A stretch of 32,000 nucleotides of DNA from Microcystis aeruginosa NIES-843. GTDB taxonomy: Bacteria > Cyanobacteriota > Cyanobacteriia > Cyanobacteriales > Microcystaceae. The stretch spans positions 2,100,001 to 2,132,000 of the forward strand of contig NC_010296.1 in the NCBI RefSeq assembly GCF_000010625.1, given 5' to 3'. This document shows positions 17,117-25,109 of this stretch, one piece after another (positions within the stretch are counted from its first letter, which is position 1; the number at the start of each line of letters is the position of its first letter). Position numbers and translations under genes: made by a program. Below the pieces are notes generated by a model that saw only the letters and a list, made by a program, of their open reading frames with translations, was not told the origin of the DNA and did not search any database.

Positions 17117-17146
17117 ATAGGAAAGATGCCATGTAATCTTTCCTAT
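17117..17146 (-). terminator. Hairpin downstream of mutS2 (11-bp stem), weak terminator candidate
   Basis: It reads ataggaaagat-8 nt loop-atctttcctat. On the minus strand it lies about 100 nt after the mutS2 stop codon. The trailing sequence is not clearly U-rich. Confidence 0.3.
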
Positions 17147-17206
17147 CAAAGTAATTTCAGTTCCGGTGCTGATTCGGAGCATCTTTCAATTTGACAACCC
17201 CCATAA

Positions 17207-17230
17207 GTAGCCTATACTCAAGGGATTTAG
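17207..17230 (-). repeat. Third copy (24 nt) of the dispersed ctaaatcc.ttgagtataggctac repeat
   Basis: The minus strand reads ctaaatcccttgagtataggctac, beginning 18 nt after the mutS2 stop codon. Confidence 0.75.
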
Positions 17231-17247
17231 TCTCACCTCTGAAAACC

Positions 17248-19617
17248 CTAAGTTAAATAAGCGATAGTTACCCCCGAACCGCCCTCATTTTGGGGTGCTA
17301 ATTGAAAGCGTTTTACCTGGGGATGACGGGATAAAAAATCGTGAACACCTTGACGCAATTTCCCCGTACCTTTACCGTGAATAATCCATAATATACCCGA
17401 TGGGGTAGCGCGGGTGATCGCCTGTTCGATATCCGTTTCTGACTCTGCCACCCTGGAACCGCGAATATCGACAGTATTATTAGCAGTACGAATTAAAGGA
17501 GTCTCCTGGGGTTTTGTGGGAGTTTGTGGCAAATTTTTGGCAGGTTTTGGCGCAGTTTCCACTTTTTGACCATCCAAAGACTCAATCTGATCTAAGGGTA
17601 GGGTCATCTTCATCATACCGAAACGCAGGGAAATCTCGTCTGATTCCGGTGAAATTGCTAAAACTTCGGCAGTTTGTCCCAAATTGGGCAAGCGCACCCT
17701 TTCCCCCACTTGCGGACGATAATTAACCTTAGTTTTTTCCGTTTTTGGTAATAACCTTTCTGCGATCGCAGTTAACTCCTCTGTGGCTTTTTGGGCATCT
17801 CTACCAGTTTTTGTTCCCGCTTGCAATCGGCGAATAACCTCATTAATCTCTGCTTTTGCCGATAATAAAGCTTTTTGTATCTCCTGCTCCTGATAACGTT
17901 TTAATTCTCGCTCTCTCTCCTGTAGAGAATTGGCCCGCGTGGACACTTCTGTATAAAATTTCTCCGTTTGTTGGAGTAATTGACTAGCTTCTTGAGCTTT
18001 TGACTCCTGTTCCCGTCTTTGCGCTTCCAAACCAGCAATTACTTGATTTATCTCCTCCGATAACCCCCCCAGATGATTTCTCGCTTCGGCCACAATTTCG
18101 GGACTTAATCCCAAACGCTGGGCAATAGTTAAAGCATTAGAACGCCCCGGAATGCCCCATAATAGTCGATAAGTAGGGGAAAGAGTGCGATCATCAAACT
18201 CTACCGAGGCATTTTCAAAGCGAGAATCTCGATACTTTAACGCCTTTAATTCTCCGTAGTGAGTGGTAGCCACCGTCAGTAAACTATGATCGGCGAGGTA
18301 TTGTAAAATAGCGATCGCTAAAGGACTTCCCTCGGCCGGATCCGTACCTGCTCCCACCTCATCGAGTAAAACCAAGGAACGAGAATTTAAAGCCGCTAAA
18401 ATGCGAACAATCCGGCGAATATGACCCGAAAAAGTCGATAAACTCTGTTGCAAAGACTGTTCATCCCCGATATCGGCTAAAACGTGATCGAACCAGGGTA
18501 TCTCTACCGGTTCCCGCGCTGGAATAAACAGGCCCGCTTTCGCCATTAAAGCCGCTAATCCGAGAGTTTTTAAAGTAACGGTTTTTCCGCCGGTATTTGG
18601 TCCGGTGATGGCAACAACGCGAATTTCTGGGCTAATCTGCACATTTATTGGTACGACCTCCCCCCCCTGTTCGTGGTGTTTTTGCCACCAGAGCAAAGGA
18701 TGACGCAAATTCCGCAAAGTAATCGTTTCCGAACCATCGATAAAGTGGGGGGGATTACCCTCTAACCATAAACTGTAACGGGCCCTGGCGGTGGCCAGAT
18801 CGAGCCTAGTAGCGATCGCTAGTAAATATTCTAAGTCCTCAAAGGCTTCGGCGATTGTATTACTTAACTGCCGCAGGATTTTTTCTTCTTCGATTTGTTC
18901 CTGACGACGATATTGCCGCAGTTGATTGCCTTGGTCAACGATAGAGTGAGGTTCAATGTAAAAAGTCGCTCCTGTGCTGGAAGTATCGTGAATTATCCCC
19001 GGTATTTGCTCTTTTTGTGCTGCTTTGACGGGAATCACCCAGCGGTCGCTTCTTTGGGTAATCACCGCTTCTTGGATAGCACCGCCCTGTTTTTGCATGA
19101 TATCCTGTAATTTGCGGTAAATTCGCTCTCTAATCACCTTCATTTGTCCCCGAATTTCCCGTAATTGGGGACTAGCGCGATCGGATATCCGGCCATCTTC
19201 ATCGATACAACGGTGTATCTCCTGTTCTATCTCTGGATAGGTGCGAATTTCCGCTACTAACTCTTTTAAAACCGGTATATCTTCTTGTTCGTCAATTAAA
19301 CGCCGTAAACGTCGCACTCCGGCCAAAGTCGTGGCAATATTTAAAAGTTCCTGTCCCGATAATAAACCCCCCAGATGCGCCCTTTCTAGGGCATCACCGA
19401 TGTCGGTAATCCCATCAAAGGAAAGACGACTATCTAATTTTTGTTCTAAGCTATAAACTTCTTTGGTTTGGCAGAGTAGGTTTAAACTTTCCTCTTTGCT
19501 TTCCGGTAAGGGCAATTGACGAATCGCCATCGCACCGAGTTTAGTCGCTGCAAAAGTAGCTAGGTGTTGACATAGCCGCGGCCATTCCAATAATTCTAGG
19601 GTTTCGTCTTGAATCAA
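17248..19617 (-). CDS. mutS2: Endonuclease MutS2 (MutS domain V ATPase plus C-terminal Smr domain)
   Basis: 789 aa. The N-terminus reads ETLELLEWPRLCQHLATFA and the Walker A motif is ITGPNTGGKTVTLKTLG. DEVGAGTDPAEG is present, and the C-terminal Smr domain reads VDIRGSRV...LWIIHGKGTGKLRQGVHDFL. The start is a TTG; the frame is closed by a TAA 15 nt upstream. Confidence 0.95.
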   Translation of the reverse strand: MIQDETLELLEWPRLCQHLATFAATKLGAMAIRQLPLPESKEESLNLLCQTKEVYSLEQKLDSRLSFDGITDIGDALERAHLGGLLSGQELLNIATTLAGVRRLRRLIDEQEDIPVLKELVAEIRTYPEIEQEIHRCIDEDGRISDRASPQLREIRGQMKVIRERIYRKLQDIMQKQGGAIQEAVITQRSDRWVIPVKAAQKEQIPGIIHDTSSTGATFYIEPHSIVDQGNQLRQYRRQEQIEEEKILRQLSNTIAEAFEDLEYLLAIATRLDLATARARYSLWLEGNPPHFIDGSETITLRNLRHPLLWWQKHHEQGGEVVPINVQISPEIRVVAITGPNTGGKTVTLKTLGLAALMAKAGLFIPAREPVEIPWFDHVLADIGDEQSLQQSLSTFSGHIRRIVRILAALNSRSLVLLDEVGAGTDPAEGSPLAIAILQYLADHSLLTVATTHYGELKALKYRDSRFENASVEFDDRTLSPTYRLLWGIPGRSNALTIAQRLGLSPEIVAEARNHLGGLSEEINQVIAGLEAQRREQESKAQEASQLLQQTEKFYTEVSTRANSLQERERELKRYQEQEIQKALLSAKAEINEVIRRLQAGTKTGRDAQKATEELTAIAERLLPKTEKTKVNYRPQVGERVRLPNLGQTAEVLAISPESDEISLRFGMMKMTLPLDQIESLDGQKVETAPKPAKNLPQTPTKPQETPLIRTANNTVDIRGSRVAESETDIEQAITRATPSGILWIIHGKGTGKLRQGVHDFLSRHPQVKRFQLAPQNEGGSGVTIAYLT

Positions 19618-19912
19618 TTTTGTAGTTTTTTATAATACGCTTTGTATTTCTAGTCTAACCGGATTTGGTCTGATTTTTACAGGAGTCATTTCAGCCGACA
19701 GTAATCAGTCAAGGGAAAAGACAGCACTGTTACTCGCACCTAATACCTGTCACTTAACAATCTCGCCAATCTGTTGACTATCTAAATTACTCGTTAAGAC
19801 TGCACTGGAGTGCCGGAGTTGGGAGCAGGGAGAGGAAGTTCGAGCATTTGTACTAAAATTTCTCATACGCAGTTTAAATTCAGTACAGCTTATAATATTA
19901 GGTCGAGTTCTA

Positions 19913-19950
19913 CTGATAACTGATAACTGATAACTGATAACTGATAACTG
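19913..19950. repeat. Heptamer tandem array (CTGATAA)x5.4, STRR-type
   Basis: Read directly. In the psb27 sense it reads (CAGTTAT)n and begins 3 nt after the psb27 stop codon. Confidence 0.95.
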
Positions 19951-19953
19951 TAT

Positions 19954-20355
19954 CTAAATTCCTTTCTGGAGAGAGAATTGCACCTGTTTAAATTCTTGTT
20001 TTAAACGTTGTTTGAGTTTGTCGGGGATGGGACGGGAACCGTAGGCGGTATAATAACCTGCCAGAGAGTTTAAGGCTGTTTGCATAGTAGTGAAAGAACG
20101 CAAACCCCCGGATTTTTTATCTCGTCGGTAGAGGGAGATGTAATCGTTGATTTGTTCCTTTGCTTGCGACTCAACTGCCGCTTTATTCGGGTCATCTTTG
20201 ACCAAATCAAGGGCTGTGGTTAAACTTTCAATCACCGTCAGGGTATCTTTTCCATAATTGCCCGTTAACCCGGAACTACTAGAACAACCCATCAATCCGA
20301 TGACCAGGACGAGAACCAAAGCTAATAAGCGAGAAATGTAAGGTTTTAGAGACAT
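19954..20355 (-). CDS. psb27: Photosystem II assembly lipoprotein Psb27
   Basis: It has a lipoprotein signal with a lipobox (LVIGLMGCSS). The Psb27-typical sequence is GLTGNYGKDTLTVIESL...INDYISLYRRDKKSGGLRSFTTMQTALNSLAGYYTAYGSRPIPDKLKQRL. The start was moved to the ATG at 20355 (MSLKPY), which gives a normal-length precursor. Confidence 0.9.
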   Translation of the reverse strand: MSLKPYISRLLALVLVLVIGLMGCSSSSGLTGNYGKDTLTVIESLTTALDLVKDDPNKAAVESQAKEQINDYISLYRRDKKSGGLRSFTTMQTALNSLAGYYTAYGSRPIPDKLKQRLKQEFKQVQFSLQKGI

Positions 20356-20683
20356 ATTTTCAACACCATAAGTTAATCCCAAGTCACCTTATCCTATCAG
20401 GAAACCGTGACCAGTTCCCCAGGAGAGTCAACCTGCTGCAAAAATCAAAAATCTTTCCTTTAGTCAGGGGTCAACTGGGGGTAAATAGCCCAAATATAGG
20501 CTTTTTGGGCGGTAAAAGCCCTATTTTTGCCTAAAATTTCGATGCCATCAACCCGGAGTGAGTTGATTCTGGACTAATTCGGGCTGCGATCAGGCACTGG
20601 TGGCGGTTTCAGGGTCGATCGAGATTGGACTTTGCGAGCGATCAATCTAGAAGATAAGTAGGTAGGTGTTAAAAGTTGTCAGA

Positions 20684-20761
20684 CACCCCCCTTATCAAGG
20701 GGGGCAGGGGGGATCCCCCCGCCTATCGGCACCCCCCTTATCAAGGGGGGCAGGGGGGATC
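20684..20761. repeat. Two copies of a 32-nt G6/C6 hairpin module (caccccccttatcaaggggggcaggggggatc)
   Basis: The copies lie at 20684..20715 and 20730..20761. Each holds the hairpin cccccctt-atc-aagggggg. The perfect palindrome GGGGGGATCCCCCC lies at 20707..20720. ORFs 20666..20905 and 20676..20891 are translation artefacts. Confidence 0.9.
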
Positions 20762-20882
20762 AGAGGCAAAATCTATCTTCAATTTAATTATAACTACTTA
20801 CTTAAAAATTCTTCGTTGCTTTCGTCCCATTTCGGAAGAAAGAAAGTTAAATTTTGTCATCTTTGGGCCGCTCAAGCTGGAA

Positions 20883-22247
20883 CTAGGGTGAAATGGGCAG
20901 TTTGACGGTAAAGCTTGTTCCCTTATCCACTTGGCTATCTAGGGCGATTTCGCCACGGTGGAGTTCGACGCATTTTTTAACCACTGCTAACCCCAATCCC
21001 GTGCCGATAATATTTTCCACATTCTGACCCCGATAAAAGGGTTCATAGATCTTACCTCTATCTTCCTCGGCAATGCCGATACCGTGATCCCGGACTTGAA
21101 AAACAATGCGATCGCTATCTTTCCACAAAATCAAACTAATCCCTGCTCCTGTGGGGGAATATTTAATCGCATTTAAGAGTAAATTACTTAAAATCGAGTA
21201 GAGCAGTTTCTCATCTAGATAAGGACGGATCATCAATCCCTGACTGACAAATTTAATCGGCGTATTATTTTTATTGATAAATTGAAAATCCTCGACCAAA
21301 TTTAAGCAAAAAGCTTCAATATCGAGCGGCTCTAACTGACAACTGAGATTGCCAGATTCTGCCCTTGTTAAAATCAAAATATCTGTTAAAAATTGATTCA
21401 TTAGCTTGACAGAAGACTGGATTCTATATAGGTTTTTTCTGCTCGACTGATCTGCATCTTTTAAGCCATTTTCTAATAACTGCGAGGCGGAAAGAATCAC
21501 GGTTAAAGGAGTTCGGAACTCATGGGATATCATAGAAAAAAGCTGAATTTTTAGATCGGAAAGTTCTTTTTCCTGTAGTAATAACCGGTGAATTTCATCA
21601 CTTTTTTGTCGCCGTTTCTCTTGCCAAAAAATCAAAAAATAAACTCCGCAAATAATCCCAAAACTGATAAAAGTTCCCAGTAAACCCAAAAGAGAATTTT
21701 CGCTGATACTATCCCTAGAACTAGCGATGCTACTTCTTAAATTCCTTTTCTGACTAGCTTGTAAATAGGTAAGAAGATTTTGAAACTTATCCCGGACTTC
21801 GACACTTTTAACCGTGATTGCATCTTGAGAAATATCATCGGATCGATCGGATTTATAGGTAGCGATCGATTGCTCGAATAGGACAATTCGCCGATACATT
21901 AAATCCCCGATCTCAGTCACCATTTCCCGCTCGAAATCCGTGCCGTTTTCTAATTGTTTAGCCAGGAGTTGCCAGTTAGATTGCATCAAAGCGATCGCCC
22001 GATGATGACGGCTTAATTCCCTAGGGCTGCCAGTTTTGACATAATCCCGTCTTCCCGATTCGGCCACCGCCATGTTAGCGTAAAGATTAGCGAGATTATC
22101 GATGATCTCGTAGGTAACTTCCACCTCGGCAGCGCGCTGACGCAGGGCGAGGGTATTGCGATAGGAAACTAGGCTAATAGTTCCCATCAATAAGACAGTT
22201 AGCCCGAAACCTCCCGCGATCCATTTTCCTTGTTTGAGCCAATTCAT
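20883..22247 (-). CDS. Sensor histidine kinase with periplasmic CHASE3-like domain
   Basis: The first TM helix is WIAGGFGLTVLLMGTISLV. The CHASE3-like motif reads VEVTYEIIDNLANLYANMAVAESGRRDYVKTG. A second TM helix follows, then the HisKA H-box (SMISHEFRTPLTVI). HATPase_c N, G1 and G2 boxes are present (LLLNAIKYSP, DHGIGI, GTGLGLAVV). The probable start is the ATG at 22247. Confidence 0.9.
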   Translation of the reverse strand: MNWLKQGKWIAGGFGLTVLLMGTISLVSYRNTLALRQRAAEVEVTYEIIDNLANLYANMAVAESGRRDYVKTGSPRELSRHHRAIALMQSNWQLLAKQLENGTDFEREMVTEIGDLMYRRIVLFEQSIATYKSDRSDDISQDAITVKSVEVRDKFQNLLTYLQASQKRNLRSSIASSRDSISENSLLGLLGTFISFGIICGVYFLIFWQEKRRQKSDEIHRLLLQEKELSDLKIQLFSMISHEFRTPLTVILSASQLLENGLKDADQSSRKNLYRIQSSVKLMNQFLTDILILTRAESGNLSCQLEPLDIEAFCLNLVEDFQFINKNNTPIKFVSQGLMIRPYLDEKLLYSILSNLLLNAIKYSPTGAGISLILWKDSDRIVFQVRDHGIGIAEEDRGKIYEPFYRGQNVENIIGTGLGLAVVKKCVELHRGEIALDSQVDKGTSFTVKLPISP

Positions 22248-22301
22248 CAGCAGCAAACCGAAGCTATTTCCAGCTTACTCTATCTAAATGGAGCAAGAGG
22301 A

Positions 22302-22351
22302 CTCCCGTTAAATTTCTCCTTAATTAAAAATATACCAGAAATTAACGGGAG
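22302..22351. promoter_or_regulatory. Long inverted repeat in the kinase upstream region
   Basis: The arms are ctcccgttaaatttct and agaaattaacgggag, about 15 bp each with one bulged A, separated by a 19-nt AT-rich loop. It lies 55 nt upstream of the kinase start codon. It could be an operator, a 5'-UTR hairpin or the IS left-end hairpin. Confidence 0.35.
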
Positions 22352-22376
22352 ATGAATTGCCCCCAGAATCTAAACT

Positions 22377-23716
22377 AACGCGACAGCGTTTCCTAATAAG
22401 GAAAGGCTTGATTCTCAAGGTATGTATGAGCTTGACATATTTAAGCGGTAAGTGTTATACTGAAAAGATAGCACAGATGGGGTCAGGCTGATGTTAAATG
22501 TTTTAAAAGTGAGAATATACCCAAACAAAAAACAGGAACTAGCCTTAGCTAAAAACTTTGGTTGCGTCCGTTTTGTTTGGAATTACTACTTAAATAAAAC
22601 TAACAATCAGTACCTAGAGACTGGTAAAGGAATGACCTACTGTGACATGGCAAAAGACCTTACCCAACTCAAGAAACAGCTGGATTTTGAATGGTTAGCT
22701 GAGGCTACTGCCGCTACCTTGCAGCAATCATTGAAAAACTTAGAATCTGCTTTTAAGAACTTCTTCTCAAAAAGAACAAAATTCCCTAAATTTAAAAGTA
22801 AGCACAAAAAACAATCAATCCGTTATCCTGAAAGTTGTTCAATTAGAAATAAGGGAATTAAGCTACCTAAATTAGGGGTTGTAAAAGCTAAGATTTCTCA
22901 AGTAATAAATGGTAAGATTAAATCCGTAACTGTTTCTAAAACCAGTACAGATAAATATTTTGCTGCCATCTTGTTTGAGATGGATGACTCAACAACCATT
23001 GAAAAACTAAAAATATCAGGGATAGACCTAGGTTTATCTTCTTTAGTTACGGTTTTTGATGGTGAAACAACCTACAAGATTGACCCAATCAAACCTACCA
23101 GAAAATATGCTAAACGTTTAAAGCGGAGACAACAAGCATTGTCTCGTAAAGCCAAGGGGTCTAATAATCGCCAAAAAGCCATTAAGGAGGTAGCCAAGGT
23201 TCACGAAAAGATAGCAAATACTAGACAGGATTTTCTTCATAAACTCTCCAGAAAGTTATGCGATGAAAACCAAATCGTTGTAGCCGAGAATCTGAATATT
23301 AAAGGGTTAGCAAGGACTAAATTAGCCAAATCAATACATGACGCTGGTTTTGGTATGTTGCTTAATTTCTTGGACTACAAGCTAAAAAGAGAGGGAGGAA
23401 AACTTGTAGAAGTTGACAGGTTTTATCCGAGTACAAAACTCTGTTCTTGCTGTGGATTTAAAAATGATTTATTGACTCTCAGTATTCGTGAATGGATTTG
23501 TCCAGAATGTAAGACGCAGCACGATAGAGATGAAAACGCCGCCAAGAATGTAAGGGAAGAAGGTATGAGAATACTGTCAACAAATACCGATGGACAGTCG
23601 GAATTTCAAGCTTGGGGAGAAACTGTAAGACTCGTTGGTACTTGTACCGAAAAGCGGGTTTGGGGTGAATCAAGAATCCCCCGTCACAGCGTCAGCTTAA
23701 CGGCGGGAGTGTCAAG
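22377..23716 (+). mobile_element. TnpB-only IS200/IS605-family (IS1341-like) element, coding capacity intact
   Basis: The right end has hairpin cccgtc...ggcggg (23680..23707) and terminus GTCAAG (23711..23716), as in the copy at 8433..8464. There is no tnpA. The left boundary is not resolved. Candidates are the small hairpin aacgc-gaca-gcgtt (22377..22390), a TTGAT at 22407..22411, or as far left as the inverted repeat at 22302. Confidence 0.6.
22432..22461 (+). promoter_or_regulatory. Sigma70-type promoter candidate for tnpB
   Basis: TTGACA (22432..22437), an 18-nt spacer, then TATACT (22456..22461). It sits 30 nt upstream of the tnpB ATG. Confidence 0.4.
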
Positions 23717-23750
23717 TCTAGACCATGCGAATTTTAGTAGTAGAAGATGA
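22491..23750 (+). CDS. tnpB: TnpB RNA-guided endonuclease (IS200/IS605 OrfB)
   Basis: 419 aa. The N-terminus reads LKVRIYPNKKQELALAKNFGCVRFVWN. The RuvC triad is ISGIDLG, VVAENLNIKG and HDRDENAAKN, and the zinc finger is CSCCG...CPECK. The frame has no stop inside the element; it ends 34 nt past the right end, inside the regulator gene. Confidence 0.9.
   Translation: MLNVLKVRIYPNKKQELALAKNFGCVRFVWNYYLNKTNNQYLETGKGMTYCDMAKDLTQLKKQLDFEWLAEATAATLQQSLKNLESAFKNFFSKRTKFPKFKSKHKKQSIRYPESCSIRNKGIKLPKLGVVKAKISQVINGKIKSVTVSKTSTDKYFAAILFEMDDSTTIEKLKISGIDLGLSSLVTVFDGETTYKIDPIKPTRKYAKRLKRRQQALSRKAKGSNNRQKAIKEVAKVHEKIANTRQDFLHKLSRKLCDENQIVVAENLNIKGLARTKLAKSIHDAGFGMLLNFLDYKLKREGGKLVEVDRFYPSTKLCSCCGFKNDLLTLSIREWICPECKTQHDRDENAAKNVREEGMRILSTNTDGQSEFQAWGETVRLVGTCTEKRVWGESRIPRHSVSLTAGVSSLDHANFSSRR
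23560..23732 (+). ncRNA. Candidate omegaRNA/reRNA of the intact TnpB element (scaffold to 23716 plus about 16 nt of flanking guide)
   Basis: The position follows from TnpB biology. Elements conserved with the decayed copy are a TAAGAC box (ctgtaagac / ccataagac), the terminal hairpin and GTCAAG. The 5' end and the guide length are guesses. Confidence 0.45.
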
Positions 23751-24417
23751 TATGCAACTAGCCGAGATTTTGCGAGAGGCCTTGAGCGAGCGACAATACG
23801 TTGTCGATGTGGCTAGAGACGGAGAAGAAGGCTGGAATTGGCTAGAATTAGGCAAATATGACCTTTTAGTTCTCGATGTCACCCTGCCCAAATTAAGCGG
23901 AACTTTGCTCTGTCAACGTCTGCGACGAGCGGAATCCCATCATCCCGTCTCTGCTAATGCCACCGTTCCCGTCCTATTATTAACCGCAAGGGATACGGTA
24001 ATCGATAAAATCGACGGATTAGACGCAGGGGCCGATGATTATGTCACTAAACCCTTCGATTTGGGCGAATTAATGGCGCGGATTCGGGCCTTGATCCGGC
24101 GTGGCAGCAGCACCAGCAGTGTTTTATTATCTTGGGGGGGGTTGCAGTTAAATCCCAGTACCCACGAGGCCAGTTATAACGGTCAACTTCTTTCCCTCAC
24201 CCCCAAGGAATTCGCTCTCTTAGAATTACTTGTTACCCATGGGCGCCGGGTCTTAAGTCGATCGGGTATTATTGAGCGAGTTTGGTCTTTGGACGATTCT
24301 CCGGCCGAGGAAACCGTTACTTCCCATATTCGCGGTCTTCGTCACAAGCTAAAATCCCTCGGTGCGCCGGAAGACTTTATTGAAACCGTTCACGGTCTTG
24401 GTTATCGTTTAAAGTAA
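23725..24417 (+). CDS. OmpR/PhoB-family response regulator
   Basis: The receiver domain reads MRILVVEDD, DLLVLDVTLPKLSG and LLLTARD, with K in VTKPF. The C-terminal winged-helix region reads LTPKEFALLELLVTHGRRVLSR...VTSHIRGLRHKL...IETVHGLGYRL. Confidence 0.92.
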   Translation: MRILVVEDDMQLAEILREALSERQYVVDVARDGEEGWNWLELGKYDLLVLDVTLPKLSGTLLCQRLRRAESHHPVSANATVPVLLLTARDTVIDKIDGLDAGADDYVTKPFDLGELMARIRALIRRGSSTSSVLLSWGGLQLNPSTHEASYNGQLLSLTPKEFALLELLVTHGRRVLSRSGIIERVWSLDDSPAEETVTSHIRGLRHKLKSLGAPEDFIETVHGLGYRLK

Positions 24418-24448
24418 TATCTGCCTTGGGACAGTAGACAAAATCATT

Positions 24449-24491
24449 TCTGCACGAAATCTGCACGAAGTTTGCAGAGGGTTTCCATAAT
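24449..24491 (+). promoter_or_regulatory. Eleven-bp periodic direct repeats plus a -10-like hexamer (candidate OmpR-family binding site/promoter)
   Basis: The repeats are TCTGCACGAAA (24449), TCTGCACGAAG (24460) and TTTGCAGAGGG (24471), followed by CATAAT at 24486..24491. The site is 32 nt after the regulator stop codon and about 100 nt before ORF 24588. Confidence 0.35.
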
Positions 24492-24587
24492 CACCCGTTA
24501 AATTAGAAAGTTAGACAGGTGCAGGGCTTCTAGACAATCAGAGCGGTCAAACCTGTGACTCTCCTCTCCTAAAAGGGGCTGCTTGAA

Positions 24588-24890
24588 ATGATTTATACGC
24601 GATTTGACTATCACGGCTGGCAGATTGAATTGATCCTAGAAATGCAGGGTTATTCTTTTCAATGTTGGCGAGTGGATGGCAGGGAAGGAATTAGCGATTG
24701 CCTAGTTTATGCCACCTCTGAACAAGCTTTAGCGGCTGCCCGACACAGAGCGGATCTAGAGTCCGCTTGTCTTGCCCTACTGCGATTTCTCAATGATATC
24801 GGCGGCCGGAATTATTACCTCACCCGCGATGATCGCGATGCTCTTAGCCGGTCAATTTTAGAATATGCCCGTCTAGGTGATGTTTTCTAA
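24588..24890 (+). CDS. Hypothetical protein (100 aa)
   Basis: It is an ATG-initiated ORF whose composition resembles the neighbouring genes. I recognise no motif in it. Confidence 0.55.
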   Translation: MIYTRFDYHGWQIELILEMQGYSFQCWRVDGREGISDCLVYATSEQALAAARHRADLESACLALLRFLNDIGGRNYYLTRDDRDALSRSILEYARLGDVF

Positions 24891-24962
24891 TTTCTTCCCC
24901 AGAAGTTTTCCCCTCATATCGTGATTGGTAGGGAGTGAGAATCATTCTCGCTCCGATTTTTT

Positions 24963-25109
24963 TCAGGCCACTTTCGGTAATAGAATCGTGACAGTGGTTC
25001 CATTACCGGGGATATTAGCAATTTCGATCGAGCCTCCGTGTAGTTCCACGCATTTCTGCACTACCACCAAACCCAAGCCGGTGCCGGCGATGTGACGGAC
25101 ATTTTTATA
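24963..25109 (-). pseudogene. 3' remnant of a second histidine kinase (HATPase_c G2-box to stop)
   Basis: My own translation of the minus strand gives YKNVRHIAGTGLGLVVVQKCVELHGGSIEIANIPGNGTTVTILLPKVA*. It parallels the C-terminus of the intact kinase (NIIGTGLGLAVVKKCVELHRGEIALDS...GTSFTVKLP). The frame is cut at the MITE boundary (25110), and the sequence beyond the MITE is not kinase-like. Confidence 0.75.
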
